DNA of 64,000 nucleotides from Myxococcota bacterium (GTDB lineage Bacteria; Myxococcota_A; SURF-8): NCBI GenBank assembly GCA_963674735.2, contig CAXXQS010000001.1, positions 2,144,001 to 2,208,000 of the forward strand, read 5' to 3'. Shown piece by piece: positions 61,160 to 64,000 of this stretch (position 1 is its first letter; each line of letters starts with the position of its first letter). The notes under the pieces were generated by a model. It saw only the letters and a program-made list of their open reading frames with translations, ran no database searches and was not told where the DNA came from. The position numbers and the translations under genes were made by a program.

Positions 61160-62479
61160 TTGTTACCACGACCTGCCATAGGAATTGAGGCGATCGCAGC
61201 CGCTTTTCCCAATCAATACATCGATCTGGGCACACTGGCCGAAGCAAACAATGTAGACCCCGGTAAATACTATGTCGGACTGGGCGTCAACCGGATGGCT
61301 GTCCCCGCCCCTCATGAGGATTCCGTCACTTTGGCTGCCGGAGCGGCCTTTCAGCTCATCCACAATAACAACGTTGATATCAACGACATCGGAACCCTGA
61401 TCGTCGGGACCGAAACATCGGTGGATGCGGCCAAGCCGATTGCCGTCTACCTTCATGGACTCCTCGGACTAAGTCCTTCCTGCCGCACCTTCGACACCAA
61501 GCACGCCTGTTATGGCGGTACCGCCGCCTTGAAACTAGTCGCCGATTGGGTTGCCGCCCGTTCGGGGAGCGGCAAGAAAGCCCTTGTTGTCACAACGGAT
61601 ATCGCACGCTACGAAGTCGAGTCACCCGGCGAGCCCACTCAAGGCGCCGGGGCGGTTGCAATGCTGGTGGCCGAGAATCCGTCTCTGCTGACCTTCGACG
61701 ACTTCCCGGAAGCCGTTTATACCCAGAACGTGATGGATTTCTGGCGCCCCCACTATTTGAATACGGCCGTGGTTTTAGGCCATACCTCCATCGAGTGCTA
61801 TCTCGAAGCCCTGGAACAAACCTACAGCCAGTACCAGGAGCTTTCCGGACTCAAATGGGATGACTATCGGCACCTGCTGTTTCATGTACCCTTCCCCAAA
61901 ATGGCCTACAAAGGGTTCAAGCTGCTCTATGACTTGGAAGCCAAACACCGCAACGGGAATCCCTTCCCCTCATTCGAAGAAGCCTTCGCACACTCGGCCG
62001 AACCGGCTCTCTGGGCGAACAGGCAGGTCGGAAATATTTACTCGGGCTCCCTTTACCTCGCGCTGGCCAGTCTGCTCGAACGACGCGGGCCGGAAGTCGC
62101 CGGAACGCGGATCGGTTTATTCAGCTACGGTTCGGGAAGTTGCGCCGAGTTCTTCTCGGGTCGCATCGGACCCGATGCCTCGGCCTGGGCCGGTAAAATC
62201 GGCGTGGGCGAGGCCTTGAACAATCGCCGGGAACTCAACTACGAACAGTATCTGCAATTTCGGGAAGAAGCCGACCTGCTCAATCAGGAAGACTCCTATC
62301 TCAATGGATCGGGCTTCAAACCGGCTGATGATCGCGCGTTGAGTTTTCATGGCATCCGACATCATGAACGTGTATACAAACCCGGCGGGTTGGTCAAACA
62401 TCTTGAGGCTTCACACCCCGCAACCAAAGAAGAAGAGCGGCCGGGGTTGGACAAACGCTTCGACGACCTGCGCCCCTAA
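61160..62479 (+). CDS. mvaS: Hydroxymethylglutaryl-CoA synthase
   Basis: VGTET, KHACYGGT, GEPTQGAGAVA, FHVPF, GNIYSGS, FSYGSG; AAGGAGG before TTG. Confidence 0.95.
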   Translation: MLPRPAIGIEAIAAAFPNQYIDLGTLAEANNVDPGKYYVGLGVNRMAVPAPHEDSVTLAAGAAFQLIHNNNVDINDIGTLIVGTETSVDAAKPIAVYLHGLLGLSPSCRTFDTKHACYGGTAALKLVADWVAARSGSGKKALVVTTDIARYEVESPGEPTQGAGAVAMLVAENPSLLTFDDFPEAVYTQNVMDFWRPHYLNTAVVLGHTSIECYLEALEQTYSQYQELSGLKWDDYRHLLFHVPFPKMAYKGFKLLYDLEAKHRNGNPFPSFEEAFAHSAEPALWANRQVGNIYSGSLYLALASLLERRGPEVAGTRIGLFSYGSGSCAEFFSGRIGPDASAWAGKIGVGEALNNRRELNYEQYLQFREEADLLNQEDSYLNGSGFKPADDRALSFHGIRHHERVYKPGGLVKHLEASHPATKEEERPGLDKRFDDLRP

Positions 62480-62581
62480 TGACATCCATTCATCCTGGGG
62501 GTTGTCGTAATGATGGAACGGCTGGCAATCTGTCCGTTTAGGGATATAATACCCATAAGTTCCATGATGATGGAGATTTAG

Positions 62582-63649
62582 ATGGACGATTCCGCCCGTC
62601 AAACCGAGCAGCGCAAGCGCGAGCATTTAACGCCCTTCAAATCCGGTGGCGTCAACGCCCGCGAACAAACCACCTGGCTGAAACACGTCCACCTGATTCA
62701 CCGCGCCTGCCCGGAACTCCACGTCGATGAACTCGATCTGAGCAACTCCTTCGCCGGTCACACGTTCAAAGCGCCGCTTTTCATCACCGGCATGACCGGC
62801 GGCACATCGGAAGCACGCGAAATCAACCGCGCTCTGGCCCGTACCGCCGAACGACTGGGTATCGGATTCGGTCTTGGCAGCCAACGCGCGATGCTCGAAA
62901 ATCCTGAGTTAACGCATACCTACCAAGTACGCGACGTTGCCCCGACCGTTTTTCTGGCCGGAAATCTGGGCGGAACGCAGCTCGCTCAAACCAATCCCGA
63001 CACCGTGCGAGGTCTGCTCGACGCGGTTGAGGCCGACGCTTTGTGTGTCCACCTCAATCCGGCTCAGGAAATGATGCAGCCCGAGGGAGATCGTGATTTC
63101 CGTGGCATTCTCACGGCACTTGAACGACTGACGGCCACGATGAAACGGCCGCTCATCGTGAAAGAAACCGGAGCCGGACTCAGTCGCGAAACCGTGCTTC
63201 AACTTCTTGACGTTGGTGTGCACCATGTGGATGTCTCGGGGACCGGCGGCACAAGCTGGGTGGGTGTCGAGGTGAATCGACGCGGAGGCGAGGCCGATCC
63301 CGATCTGCTGGACTTCTGGGACTGGGGCATCCCCACGGCTGCGGCTCTGCTTGACTTGAAAGACCTGGACCTACAACGCATCGGAGCAGGCGGCATTCGC
63401 ACCGGTCTCGACGTCGCACGCGCCATCGCCCTTGGGGCCGATCTGGCGGGAGCGGCTTCTCCAGCCATCCAAGCCTACTTCAACGGCGGCGAGGAAGCTT
63501 GCTACACGGCATTAAGCCGGGTGCTGGACGGACTCAAACGCGCCATGCTATTGACCGCTTCACGCAGCCTCAGTGACCTCAAGCGTGCCCCGCGCGTGAT
63601 ACAAGGAGCGCTTCTGGAATGGCAGAAACAACGCCAGTTGCAGGGATAG
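62582..63649 (+). CDS. fni: Type 2 isopentenyl-diphosphate delta-isomerase
   Basis: RKREH, ITGMTGG, GSQRA, HLNPAQE..QPEGDRDF, VKETG, GGTSW, WGIPT. Confidence 0.96.
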   Translation: MDDSARQTEQRKREHLTPFKSGGVNAREQTTWLKHVHLIHRACPELHVDELDLSNSFAGHTFKAPLFITGMTGGTSEAREINRALARTAERLGIGFGLGSQRAMLENPELTHTYQVRDVAPTVFLAGNLGGTQLAQTNPDTVRGLLDAVEADALCVHLNPAQEMMQPEGDRDFRGILTALERLTATMKRPLIVKETGAGLSRETVLQLLDVGVHHVDVSGTGGTSWVGVEVNRRGGEADPDLLDFWDWGIPTAAALLDLKDLDLQRIGAGGIRTGLDVARAIALGADLAGAASPAIQAYFNGGEEACYTALSRVLDGLKRAMLLTASRSLSDLKRAPRVIQGALLEWQKQRQLQG

Positions 63650-64000
63650 AGCCACAGCCCGACCTGCACGCGCATGGCAAAGCCATTTTGTTCGGCGAAC
63701 ATGCCGTGGTGTACAACCGACCGGCTCTGGCCGTCGCCCTGCCCCACGCCATCACTCTGCAATCGCTCCGCGCAACCGAGACCGGCATCACTCTCCGCAG
63801 CCATACGGAAAATCTTCAAGGCGACGACCGCTCTGACGACTGGCTGGGCCAAGCCTTGCGTCGGCTCTCCGACCTCGTACCCGGCAAAACCGGAATGACA
63901 CTTTCCGTGGCGGTCCATCTGCCGATCAGCGCCGGGCTGGGCGGCTCGGCGGCGTTGGCGGTTTTATTGACTCGTGCGCTGGCCCACGTTCGCAACGTTC
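63619..64000 (+). CDS. mvk: Mevalonate kinase, 3'-truncated by the window edge and absent from the ORF track
   Basis: ATG 63619 after AAGGAG, overlapping fni; reads HGKAILFGEHAVVY..PISAGLGGSAA (GHMP motif). Confidence 0.92.
   Translation, partial: MAETTPVAGIEPQPDLHAHGKAILFGEHAVVYNRPALAVALPHAITLQSLRATETGITLRSHTENLQGDDRSDDWLGQALRRLSDLVPGKTGMTLSVAVHLPISAGLGGSAALAVLLTRALAHVRNV

Noticed and set aside
63674-63898. 74-aa ORF from the track
   Set aside because: Wrong frame; the real gene here is mvk starting at 63619.

Overview
Bacterial chromosomal window of moderately high GC. Gene content suggests a deltaproteobacterial/Myxococcota-like organism, probably anaerobic or microaerobic (inferred, not searched). 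It is unusually rich in predicted lipoproteins, ten of which carry an acidic tether (often DGDxP repeats) right after the lipidated Cys. The left end is a three-gene surface-protein operon. Its 1599-aa central lipoprotein has a C-terminal half resembling the channel and TcB-binding part of Tc-toxin A subunits, yet no TcB/TcC (RHS) partner is present. This is the best candidate for an undescribed system. The centre holds a lipid uptake and catabolism block: fadN-like plus thiolase genes divergent from a lipoprotein-DUF1302-DUF1329-YCF48-MMPL operon, plus an ADP-forming acyl-CoA synthetase. Two of these units share a FadR/YsiA-like palindrome, and the uptake operon has a long structured leader. 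Also present: a G3PDH-like trio, DASS transporter, RluA, GPx, rplM-rpsI (rplM broken by probable sequencing indels), a TPP riboswitch before a His-type thi4, two histidine kinases, a sigma28-type promoter before a DUF5610-like gene, and the start of a mevalonate operon (mvaS-fni-mvk). No tRNA, rRNA, CRISPR array or transposase was seen.
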